From positions 640,001 to 704,000 of the forward strand of contig CAWGHO010000003.1 in the NCBI GenBank assembly GCA_963822445.1: a stretch of DNA of 64,000 nucleotides. Direction: 5' to 3'. Made by a program: the position numbers and the translations under genes. Every line of letters starts with the position of its first letter. Within the stretch, counting starts at the first letter, position 1. The notes beneath the pieces were generated by a model. The model was not told the origin of the DNA. It worked only from the letters and a program-made list of their open reading frames with translations, and did not search any database. This document shows, piece by piece, positions 18,006 to 26,860 of the stretch. The DNA is from an uncultured Acidobacteriota bacterium (lineage in GTDB: Bacteria; Acidobacteriota; Thermoanaerobaculia; Gp7-AA8).

Positions 18006-19700
18006 ATGCGAACGCTCGCCATCCTCCTCTTCACCGCCCTCAGCGCGGCCGCTGCCAAGCCGCTCACCGACTTCACGGCCAGCAGTGGCGCGCCGCGAAC
18101 CGCCGAGCAGATGGCCATGGTCTTCGAGCTGGCCGACCTCCAGCTTCGCGTCGACCCGCGGCGGCGAGCGATCGAGGGAGATGCGGCGCTCACGTTTCGC
18201 GCGACATCGTCGTTGAATCGTCTGGCCGTCGAGCTCGATCGGAACCTGAACATCCGCTCGATCGAGGTCGACGGCGTTGCCCTCGCTTCGGGAACCTGGA
18301 GCAACCCCGACGGCCGGTTGTTCATCCCGCTCCCGAAACCGCTTGCCGCCGGTGAGACGACGACAGTCCGCATCCGCTACCGAGGAAAACCTCACGTCGC
18401 GAAACGCGCTCCTTGGGATGGCGGGTTCGTCTGGGCGAAGACTCCCGACAAACAGCCGTGGATCGCAACCGCGGTTCAGGGCGAAGGATGCGATCTCTTC
18501 TGGCCCTGCATCGATCATCCTCTCGCGGAGCCGAAACAGGTCGATCTGCACATCACCGTGCCGGCGCCGCTCGTCGCGGCATCGAACGGCGTCCCGATGG
18601 GAATGGAGGAGAAGGGCGGCTGGCGCACGTACCACTGGCGCGCGCGCAGCCCGAATACGTACGCGATCGCGCTCAACATCGCGCCGTACGGCCTGATCTC
18701 GGCTGAATACAAGAGCCGTTTCGGCAACACGATCCCGCTCCGCTTCTATCACCTGAAAGGAAACGAGGCAAAAGCGCGGGAGCTGTTCGCCGAGCTCACG
18801 CCGATGCTCGATTTTTTCGAGAGCATGGTCGGGCCTTACCCGTTCGCCGACGAAAAGCTCGGCATCGCCGAGACCCCCCATCTCGGCATGGAGCACCAGA
18901 CCATCAACGCCTACGGCAACAAGTTCGCGAAGGCGGCCGAGGGATACGACTGGCTGCTGCATCACGAGCTGTCGCATGAATGGTTCGGCAACCAGATGAG
19001 CAACGCCGACTGGGACGACATGTGGCTGCACGAGGGATTCGGCAGCTACATGCAGCCGCTCTACGGGCAGTACCTGTACGGCGATGGTCAGTACCTGGCG
19101 ACGCTGTATCGCAGCCGTCCCGGCATCCGCAATTCCGCGCCGCTGGTCTCAGGAAAAACGCGAACTGAAGGCGATGTCTATCGCTCGGATCGCGGTGGCC
19201 CCGGCGGAGACATCTACACCAAAGGTGCGCACCTCCTGCACTCGCTGCGCAGCCTCATCGGCGACCGCGCCTTTTTCGAATCGGTGCGCCGGCTGGTGTA
19301 TGGCACCTCCGATCCGCGTCCCGGCAATTTCGCGCCGCGCTACAGCTCCAGTCGCGAATTCATGCAGATCGTCAACGAGGTCACCGGCCGCGATTACGGA
19401 TGGTTTTTCGACGTCTATCTGTACACCGCGGCGTTGCCGGAACTGCAAACCACGCGAGACGCCACCGGCTTGACACTTGTCTGGAAGACCGCGAATGACA
19501 AGCCGTTTCCGATGCCCGTGGATGTTCGAGTCGGCGATCGCGTGGAGACGCTGCCGATGACCGACGGCCGCGGACACATCGCCTTGCCTGAAGGCGCGTC
19601 GTTCACGATCGATCCCGGTGCGAAGATCCTCCGGCGCCTTCCGCACATCGAGGCATTCCAGAAATACGAGGCGGAGCAGAGGAGGGCGGCGAGGAGGTAG
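18006..19700 (+). CDS. M1-family aminopeptidase, secreted
   Basis: GMEH exopeptidase motif; HELSH zinc motif with downstream LHEG; ATG 18006 with a signal peptide. Confidence 0.9.
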   Translation: MRTLAILLFTALSAAAAKPLTDFTASSGAPRTAEQMAMVFELADLQLRVDPRRRAIEGDAALTFRATSSLNRLAVELDRNLNIRSIEVDGVALASGTWSNPDGRLFIPLPKPLAAGETTTVRIRYRGKPHVAKRAPWDGGFVWAKTPDKQPWIATAVQGEGCDLFWPCIDHPLAEPKQVDLHITVPAPLVAASNGVPMGMEEKGGWRTYHWRARSPNTYAIALNIAPYGLISAEYKSRFGNTIPLRFYHLKGNEAKARELFAELTPMLDFFESMVGPYPFADEKLGIAETPHLGMEHQTINAYGNKFAKAAEGYDWLLHHELSHEWFGNQMSNADWDDMWLHEGFGSYMQPLYGQYLYGDGQYLATLYRSRPGIRNSAPLVSGKTRTEGDVYRSDRGGPGGDIYTKGAHLLHSLRSLIGDRAFFESVRRLVYGTSDPRPGNFAPRYSSSREFMQIVNEVTGRDYGWFFDVYLYTAALPELQTTRDATGLTLVWKTANDKPFPMPVDVRVGDRVETLPMTDGRGHIALPEGASFTIDPGAKILRRLPHIEAFQKYEAEQRRAARR

Positions 19701-19743
19701 GCGTTTCCTGTGGCAGAGTAGTCGTCGAAAGGTCCCCACACAC

Positions 19744-20634
19744 ATGCGACGACTCTTCCTCGTGCTTGCCGTCTGCCTCGGCTCCGCCTCATCCGTGTTC
19801 GCCGGGTTTACCGCCACCGATCTGATCGTGCCCGCGGCGGGCCGTGTCGAAGGCGCCGGCGGTTCGCAGTTCTACACGACGCTGTACATCTCGAATCCCG
19901 GCGAACAGGCGGCGGATGTCGTGATTCAACTGTTGCTGGCGGGGCAGAGCAACGCGGCGCCGGCGCGGTTCAACGACACGATTCCAGCCGGCGCGACGAA
20001 GGTTTACGAAAATCCCGTCGAACGGCTGTTCGCGATGAAAAGCGCGCTCGGAGCGTTGCGCGTCGTCTGATCGAAACCGGTTCTCGTGTCGGCGCGGGTC
20101 TTCAACCAGCAGCAATCATCTGGCGGCGCGCAGGGTCTTGCGGTCACGGGTGTCCCGCCGGCGTTCGGCATCGGCAAGGACGAGTCGGCGCTGCTGCAGG
20201 GCGTACGGCAGAACGCGGATTTCCGCTACAACATCTTCCTCGTCGAAACGACCGGGAAGCCTGTGGCTCTCGAGTTGACGGTCAGCGACGGGAGCGTCGA
20301 GGTCGCCCGCGCTTCGTACATTCTTCAGGCGTACGAGCATCAACTGTTGTCGGTGGGCTCGCTCGCGCCAGGGGCGACGATCGCGGACGGGGTCGTGCGG
20401 TTACGCGCGACGACGGGCGAGGGCAAGGCCGTCGCCCTCGGATCGCTGATCGCCGCCTCGAGCCAGGACAGCACGAGGTTCGAGATGTCCTTCAGCGCCA
20501 CGGTTGCTTACGCTTCGCAGAAAGAAACGAACGGCGTCTGTCAATCGTTCACCCCGGTCACGGCGACGCTTTACGCCGTCGAGGGAAGCGAGCCATTGCG
20601 CGCGTTCACGCCGCCGTTCCGGCTTGCGGAGTAA
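19744..20634 (+). pseudogene. Secreted beta-sandwich protein interrupted by an in-frame TGA at 20068-20070
   Basis: ORFs 19618..20070 and 20086..20634 share one frame and read LRVV*SKPVLVSARVFN across the stop. Confidence 0.65.
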
Positions 20635-20639
20635 GTCGC

Positions 20640-23213
20640 CTACTCCAACCGCGTCCTCAGCTCCTGCACGTGCACGGCCTTGACGGCGAGGCCTTGCGGT
20701 GCGGCATCGGTATAGCCGCCGGTCGAAAGGGCCAGCGCGGAGCGCGCGGCGTCGAGCGCCGAGCGGAGTTCGGTCAGGTGCAGTGCTTTGATCAGCGTGC
20801 CCGCAGCCGCGGTGTCGGTGAAGGTCGTGGCCGTGAGTGCCGCCAGCAGGCGGACGGCATTGACCGCCGAGCGGAGCTGAGTGATGTGCGCCGATTGCAC
20901 GATCACTCCTGACGCGAGCGGGTGATTCGTGAAGACGACGGTCGTCGCGAGATCGACATTGCTGTTGCCCGACGTTCCCGATCCGTTCACCGCGCGGACA
21001 CGGTAGAGGTGCGCGGTTGCAGCGGCCAGTCCGTCATCGGAGTACGCGTTGCCGATCGAGGTGTCGATCTGCACGTAATCGCCGCCGGCGGACTTGCGGT
21101 CGATCTGGTACGAATCGGCGCCGGCGACGGCGGTCCAGGTGAGATCGATCGTCGACGAGTTCGCGGCCGTGGCCACGAGTCCCGTCGGCGCCGACGGTGC
21201 GCCGCCCGCGGCGGCGATGATCTCGAGGCGATTCGTGGCGCCGGTCAGATCGCGGTTCAGCGTGATCCACAGCTCGCTCGCGGCCGCGCGCAGCGACGGG
21301 TAGTAGTCCGTGTCGGAAACGAGGGTCGCGCCGGCGAGCTTCACCGTCGGATACGAGCCGCTGGTGAAGCCGCGGATGACGATCAGAGGCTTCTTCAGCG
21401 TTCCCGCACCGACGGCGATGTTCGCGTCGACGGCGTTGCTGCTCGCGGAGAAGGTGAGCGCGCCGTAGACGTGGTCGTAACCGGCGGGCGTGTACGTCGC
21501 CGTGTCGGAGCGTCCCGCGCCGGCGGGGCCGCTCGTGGCGACGCTTCCGATCGTCGTGCTGAGCGTGAGCGTCTGCATCGTCTCGATCTGCGTCACCTGC
21601 GCTTCGACCGGCGTCGTGGTGTGCTTGCCGAAGACGATGTGCGTCGAATAGCTCTTGCGCGGCCAGCCCGGCGCGGTCGCGTTCGCGAGCGGACCGCCGT
21701 AGTAGTTGCTGCCGTGCACGAAGTACTCGTTCTGGCCGAGGAAGCCGAAGTTCGTGCCCCAGGCCAGGCGGGTGTTGCGCGTCTGGCCGCCGTAGATCGA
21801 GTACTGAATCGACTGGTAAGGCCAGTTGTAGTCGCACGGCATCATGTGGCCGGCACAGCCCTGGTTCGCAGGTCCGCTCACCGTGCCCCAGTCGGCGGTG
21901 CCGTAGTAGCCGCCGGCATCCTGCTGCGTGATCGGCTGGGTCTGCACGGTGCCCATCGTCGCGTCGACGGCGGTGGTCCAGAGTTTCACGTACGGGATCG
22001 TGTTCGCGACGTTCCAGGTCCAGTCGCTGGCGTACGTCACCGGATTGGTCGTCGAGGCGAATTTGTAGCGGTCGCCCCAGCCCACGCCGGCGATGTGGCT
22101 GTGCGTGCCTTCGCTCGCGGCGCCGTCGAAGAGCAGCTCGCCGTACGGCCCGCGGGCGTCGTCGAGGAGCGTGTTCACGTCGATGTCGTTCATGTCCCAG
22201 GTCACAGCCCAGAGCGGATGGTCGTGGCCGGTGGCGAACATCCAGTCGATGGTGACAGGGAGGTTGATCGGTGCGCCGGGAGCGACGCCGCCGGTCTGGC
22301 AGTAGCGCGGATACGACTGGGTGAAGCGGAAGATGGCGTGATGGCGTCCTTCGAAGACGCGCGTGAAGGTGCCGGTCCAGAAATGGCCGAGGGAGGAGCT
22401 GTCGTAGAGGTTGGGGTCCATGCAGGCGGTGTCGTCATGCGCGTGCGCCACGACGTAGCCGAAGCCCGCGGCGCCCGCTGACGATGCGGCGACTGTGCGC
22501 GTGGCGTTGTCGACCTGATAGCGGAACTCGCGGAGCTCGCCGCCGCGCGTTCCGCCGGGGCCGACCTGACCGGTGTTGTGGGCCAGCACCGCCACCCGCG
22601 GCTGGTTGTTGCTGTCCTGCCAGGTGAAGCGGTCGCTGACCATCGCCCCGACGGTGACGTCGCGCTCGATCTGCATCGTTCCCGCCGGCTGCGACACCGG
22701 AGCCTGCAAGACGATGTCGTCGATGTAGAACGTCGCCTGCACGCCGGCGCTGTCGCTGCCGATGTGGATGCGATCGAACGAGCCGGCGTAGGGAAGCTGG
22801 GCGAGGGGGACGGTCACCTCGCGCCACGCGTTCGCGACGAGCGCACCGCCGCTGATGAACGCGTCGAGCTCCGCGCTCGCCACGTCGACGTTGTTCAGCT
22901 CCAGTCCGAAGTACACCTGCTGGCCGCCGGTGGTGCCGCCGTGAATCCAGAAATGAATCGTCGGATAGCCCGCCGCGGTGTAGTCGATCGTCGGATGCCG
23001 CAGAGAAATGGCGTTGTAGTTGTTGCCGGTGAGGGCGAACGACTTCGTGCCGGTGTATGCCTGGGCCGTGCTGGCCGGATCCGATCCGCCGCCGTACGAC
23101 GCGTCGAGAAATCCGTTCTGCAGCGCGTCGTCGTAAACCGTGACGTCCTGCGCGGCAAGGGGGATGGCGAGAAAACATGGGGCGAGCAGCAGCGCGGGCA
23201 ACAGGTTTTTCAA
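20640..23213 (-). CDS. Secreted protein: CBM-like N-domain, unknown core, FN3, C-terminal tri-repeat domain
   Basis: Signal peptide; IHFWIHGG..FYIDDI; FN3 (APTGLVAT..YRVRAVN). Confidence 0.75.
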   Translation of the reverse strand: MKNLLPALLLAPCFLAIPLAAQDVTVYDDALQNGFLDASYGGGSDPASTAQAYTGTKSFALTGNNYNAISLRHPTIDYTAAGYPTIHFWIHGGTTGGQQVYFGLELNNVDVASAELDAFISGGALVANAWREVTVPLAQLPYAGSFDRIHIGSDSAGVQATFYIDDIVLQAPVSQPAGTMQIERDVTVGAMVSDRFTWQDSNNQPRVAVLAHNTGQVGPGGTRGGELREFRYQVDNATRTVAASSAGAAGFGYVVAHAHDDTACMDPNLYDSSSLGHFWTGTFTRVFEGRHHAIFRFTQSYPRYCQTGGVAPGAPINLPVTIDWMFATGHDHPLWAVTWDMNDIDVNTLLDDARGPYGELLFDGAASEGTHSHIAGVGWGDRYKFASTTNPVTYASDWTWNVANTIPYVKLWTTAVDATMGTVQTQPITQQDAGGYYGTADWGTVSGPANQGCAGHMMPCDYNWPYQSIQYSIYGGQTRNTRLAWGTNFGFLGQNEYFVHGSNYYGGPLANATAPGWPRKSYSTHIVFGKHTTTPVEAQVTQIETMQTLTLSTTIGSVATSGPAGAGRSDTATYTPAGYDHVYGALTFSASSNAVDANIAVGAGTLKKPLIVIRGFTSGSYPTVKLAGATLVSDTDYYPSLRAAASELWITLNRDLTGATNRLEIIAAAGGAPSAPTGLVATAANSSTIDLTWTAVAGADSYQIDRKSAGGDYVQIDTSIGNAYSDDGLAAATAHLYRVRAVNGSGTSGNSNVDLATTVVFTNHPLASGVIVQSAHITQLRSAVNAVRLLAALTATTFTDTAAAGTLIKALHLTELRSALDAARSALALSTGGYTDAAPQGLAVKAVHVQELRTRLE

Positions 23214-23350
23214 GGTGTCGCGATCTTAACCCCTGCGTTGACACCGAGGCTCTGCGGTTGGTAAAAGCCTACCGGCAATCCAACCTCACAACACGCAGAT
23301 CAATGGACGGCGCAGCCCAACGGCTGCGCCGTTTCGTTTTGGGAGAGAGA

Positions 23351-23815
23351 ATGAAACTCTGGCTCGCAGTGGCTGTAATTCTCGTTGCACCGGCCGCCCT
23401 CGCACAGTGTCCAGTCGTGTTGGTGACCGAGCCGGTGGCACCTTCCGCGGAACGGCCGACGATCATCCGGCTGCAGGACTGGCGGCAGCATCCCACCGGT
23501 TCCACGCCGATCGTCGTCTCGATGGGCACAGGCAGCATCACCGTGGAACAGGCGGTCAACAACATCGCCCCTCCTCCCGCCCTCCCGAACATGCCCTGCG
23601 GCGTTTCCCCGGCTGTGAATCTCGGCCAGCTCGCTCCCGGTCGCTATGACGTCGTCTGGCGGTACCGCGACCCGAACACAACCGCGGTGTTCGAGACCTT
23701 TGCGCGTTCCTTCCACGTCAACGAGCCGACGATCCCCACGCTCAGTCAACCTTTGCTGATGATGCTGATGGCACTCGTTGCGGTCGCCGGTATGCTCATG
23801 CTTCGAACGCGATGA
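23351..23815 (+). CDS. IPTL-CTERM sorting-domain protein
   Basis: Signal peptide; ends with IPTLS, a transmembrane segment and RTR. Confidence 0.8.
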   Translation: MKLWLAVAVILVAPAALAQCPVVLVTEPVAPSAERPTIIRLQDWRQHPTGSTPIVVSMGTGSITVEQAVNNIAPPPALPNMPCGVSPAVNLGQLAPGRYDVVWRYRDPNTTAVFETFARSFHVNEPTIPTLSQPLLMMLMALVAVAGMLMLRTR

Positions 23816-24735
23816 GATGCGCGATTCTGCTGTTGACGCTTGCGGCGGCGTGTCATCGGGACCAGCCGAAACTTCCGGAACAGGCGTTCCTGCAGCCCTA
23901 TCCCGGAAGTAACGCAACGCTCTCCCCGCAACGCGAGGAGGCGGCGGGGATCGAATACGAGATCTCCGTTCCTTATCCCGCTGAGCCGGTGCTCCGGTTC
24001 ATCAGCTCTCGGATTCCGCCCGAGTTCAAGCCGCGCGAGGAAGACTTCATGAATCCCGGCATTCCCACCGCGCATAAACGGGGCTGGACCGACTACGGTG
24101 ACTCGACCACTCGGCCGCCCACCTGGGTCCATCACTGGGGCGGTGAGTGGGAGGATGCGGCGGGCAACATCATCACCTACGACCTGTTGTATCGCTCTCC
24201 GGCCGCGAACCGCGTTCCGCAACCGACTTCCACGCTGTTGCGCGTGGTCGGGCAGTACCTGGCGCGCGAGCTCGTCGACGAAATGAAAGCGTCCATCCCG
24301 CCGCAGGAAAAACCTGTTCCTTCCACTGCTCCGGCAGTCGCGGCTCCCAATCCGCAATACCTGGTCGTGAGACCGATGAGCGCGGAGCGATTTCCCGGCG
24401 CACGCGAAGCGGTGGCGTATGACCGTCCGCTGTATTTCTCCGAGACCGAAGTCATCGTCGATCTGTCGGACATGCAGTTCCAGACCGCCGAAGCGTCGGA
24501 AGGCTCCGGAGGGACGCACGTCATCTTCGTGAACACCAACGCTGCCGGCGACGAGAAACTGAGAACCTGGACCACGGCGAACGTCGGCAAAACCCTCGGC
24601 ATCTTCCTGGATGGCCGCCTGATCTCGGCTCCGACGATCGAGACGCCGATCTCCGGCACGATCATCCTCGAGGGCGGATTTTCGGCAGAGCAGGCCAGGC
24701 AGGTCGTGGAACGGATCCGGCGCGGCGGCACCTGA
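23812..24735 (+). CDS. Lipoprotein with C-terminal SecD/SecF P1-head-like domain
   Basis: LAAAC lipobox; TTANVGKTLGIFLDGRLISAPTI..GGFSAEQA. Confidence 0.7.
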   Translation: MRCAILLLTLAAACHRDQPKLPEQAFLQPYPGSNATLSPQREEAAGIEYEISVPYPAEPVLRFISSRIPPEFKPREEDFMNPGIPTAHKRGWTDYGDSTTRPPTWVHHWGGEWEDAAGNIITYDLLYRSPAANRVPQPTSTLLRVVGQYLARELVDEMKASIPPQEKPVPSTAPAVAAPNPQYLVVRPMSAERFPGAREAVAYDRPLYFSETEVIVDLSDMQFQTAEASEGSGGTHVIFVNTNAAGDEKLRTWTTANVGKTLGIFLDGRLISAPTIETPISGTIILEGGFSAEQARQVVERIRRGGT

Positions 24736-24767
24736 TGGCATGACCTTCGCCATTCTGCTCGGCGTTC

Positions 24768-25901
24768 ATGGCCCCTCGCTCCCTGCTCCCCCTCATCGGC
24801 TTGCTCCTGCTCCCGGCCTGCGCATCCGCGCCGCCGCCCCCGACCGCCGCACCGGCGCGCGAGTATCGAATCGTCGGCTACGTCACCGACCGCGCGAAGT
24901 TCGAGAGCATCGACGTCACGAAAGTCACCCATCTGAACTACGCCTTCGCCAAGGTTCGCGGGGATGACGTCGTCTACTTCGAGGACTCCGGCGCGCGCGA
25001 GGACCTGGCGCGGCTGCGAGCGCTCAAATCCGTCAATCCGCGGCTGAAGATCATCCTCTCCATCGGCGGCTGGGGAGCAGAGTGGTTTTCAGACGCGGCG
25101 CTGACCGCGGACTCGCGATGCCGCTTCGCGTCGAGCGCCATCGATCTGGTGAAGACCCACGACCTCGACGGTCTCGATGTCGATTGGGAGTATCCCGGGC
25201 AGCGCGGCGCGGGGAACCGGTTTCGTGCCGAGGACAGGCAGAACTTCACGGAGCTCATCGCGCTCCTGCGGCACGAGCTCGATCTCCTTCGTAAGATAAA
25301 TGACGAACATCACACGCTGACCATCGCCTCGAGTGCCAACCGCTATTTCGAAACGACGGAAATGGATCGCCTTCATCCGCTGGTCGACTGGTTCAACGTC
25401 ATGACCTACGACATGGCCGGCGGGTGGAGCGGGACGACCGCGCATCACGCGCCGCTGCGGCATCCGTCAGCTAAGGCCAGCTCCACGGCGTCGTTCGTGC
25501 GGCAGTATCTCGACGCAGGGGTGCCGCCGGAAAAGATCGTGATCGGCGTGCCGTTTTACGCGCGGGAGTGGAAGTGGGTGGTGAACCGCAAGAGCCCGAG
25601 CGGTCTCGGCGAGCCGTTCGATTTCTTCGCCGGCGACGTTGCCGCCTACAAACTGCGCCGCGATTACATCGCCGCGGGCGGCTTCTCGCGCGGCTGGGAC
25701 AACACCGCGCGCGCGCCGTATCTCTGGAATCCGGAGATCGGCACGTTCATCTCGTATGAGGACGAGCAATCGCTCATCGAGAAGGCCCGTTTCGTCCGCG
25801 ATCAATCCCTCGGCGGGATCATGTACTGGGAGCACAGCCACGATCCCGAGCAGACCCTGCTCGCGACGATCGCCTCCGAGCTTCGGCGCCCGTCGCGCTG
25901 A
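24768..25901 (+). CDS. Glycoside hydrolase family 18 (chitinase-like) lipoprotein
   Basis: THLNYAF, SIGGW, catalytic DGLDVDWEYP, MTYD and GGIMYW motifs. Confidence 0.92.
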   Translation: MAPRSLLPLIGLLLLPACASAPPPPTAAPAREYRIVGYVTDRAKFESIDVTKVTHLNYAFAKVRGDDVVYFEDSGAREDLARLRALKSVNPRLKIILSIGGWGAEWFSDAALTADSRCRFASSAIDLVKTHDLDGLDVDWEYPGQRGAGNRFRAEDRQNFTELIALLRHELDLLRKINDEHHTLTIASSANRYFETTEMDRLHPLVDWFNVMTYDMAGGWSGTTAHHAPLRHPSAKASSTASFVRQYLDAGVPPEKIVIGVPFYAREWKWVVNRKSPSGLGEPFDFFAGDVAAYKLRRDYIAAGGFSRGWDNTARAPYLWNPEIGTFISYEDEQSLIEKARFVRDQSLGGIMYWEHSHDPEQTLLATIASELRRPSR

Positions 25902-25919
25902 GGCTATTCTTCGCGGCAG

Positions 25920-26744
25920 ATGCGCCGCCGGGTCCGCTGGATCGTCCTGCTCGTGGCCCTGGTCACGGTGCTCCCTTTTCTCCTCGCACGATTCCGCACG
26001 CCGTCGAACGAGCGCGATTGGACTCCGTCGCACCGCCTTGCTCCGCGGGTCACGATTCGTGGTGATCTCGTGGAGATCCGCAACGTCCGCGAGTTCGTGT
26101 ATCGGACCGAGAACGACTTCGACGCGCAGTACGCGACGCGGGTCTATGACCTCCGCAAGCTCGACTCGGTCTGGTACGCGGTCAGCCGTTTCAGCGCGGT
26201 GCCGGGGATGGCCCACGCGTTCCTCACCTTCGGTTTCGGCGACGAGTACGTGGCCATCTCCGTCGAGGCGCGGCGCGAGAAGAACGAGAGTTACGGTCCG
26301 ATTCGCGGGATGCTCCGCGAATACGAGCTGCTGTACGTGATCGGCGCGGAGAGCGATGTGATCGGACTGCGCACGAACATCTGGAAGGAGGGCGTGAGCC
26401 TTTATCCGATCCGCACGACGCCGGAGAAGATGCGCAAGGCTTTCCTTGAAATGGCAATGCGCGCCGAGGGGCTGGCCAGGCGGCCGGAGTTCTACAACAC
26501 GCTCACGAATTCGTGCATCAGCAACATCGTCAGCCACGTGAACGCCGTCGCACCTGATCGGGTCCCGTTCGGCGTTGGCAACGTCCTGCCGGGCTTCTCC
26601 GATCGGCTGGCCTACGAGCAGGGGCTGATCGACACCGATCTGCCGTTCGACCAGGTCGAGAAAGCCTTCCGCATCGATGCCGCCGCACAGCGCCACGGAC
26701 TCCGGCCGGGATTCTCGAAAGCGATCCGCGAGCCGCTGCCGTAA
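25920..26744 (+). CDS. DUF4105 / Lnb N-terminal-domain protein
   Basis: AHAFLTFGF, ISVEARRE and FYNTLTNSC motifs. Confidence 0.8.
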   Translation: MRRRVRWIVLLVALVTVLPFLLARFRTPSNERDWTPSHRLAPRVTIRGDLVEIRNVREFVYRTENDFDAQYATRVYDLRKLDSVWYAVSRFSAVPGMAHAFLTFGFGDEYVAISVEARREKNESYGPIRGMLREYELLYVIGAESDVIGLRTNIWKEGVSLYPIRTTPEKMRKAFLEMAMRAEGLARRPEFYNTLTNSCISNIVSHVNAVAPDRVPFGVGNVLPGFSDRLAYEQGLIDTDLPFDQVEKAFRIDAAAQRHGLRPGFSKAIREPLP

Positions 26745-26749
26745 CGGAG

Positions 26750-26860
26750 GCGCAGGCGCGGGACGCCTGCGCACCAGCCGGCGCGGACGCCGGCGCTCCA
26801 ACGACGCGTGCTAATGGAGCGCCGCCGGCTCGGCGGCTGGCCCGCCGGCGTCCCGCCGGC
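26750..26860. repeat. Inverted pair of REP-like GC-rich palindromic units
   Basis: Units 26750-26800 and 26815-26860 end and start with GCGCTCCA/TGGAGCGC. They lie between convergent genes and belong to the same family as 34692-34738. Confidence 0.75.
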
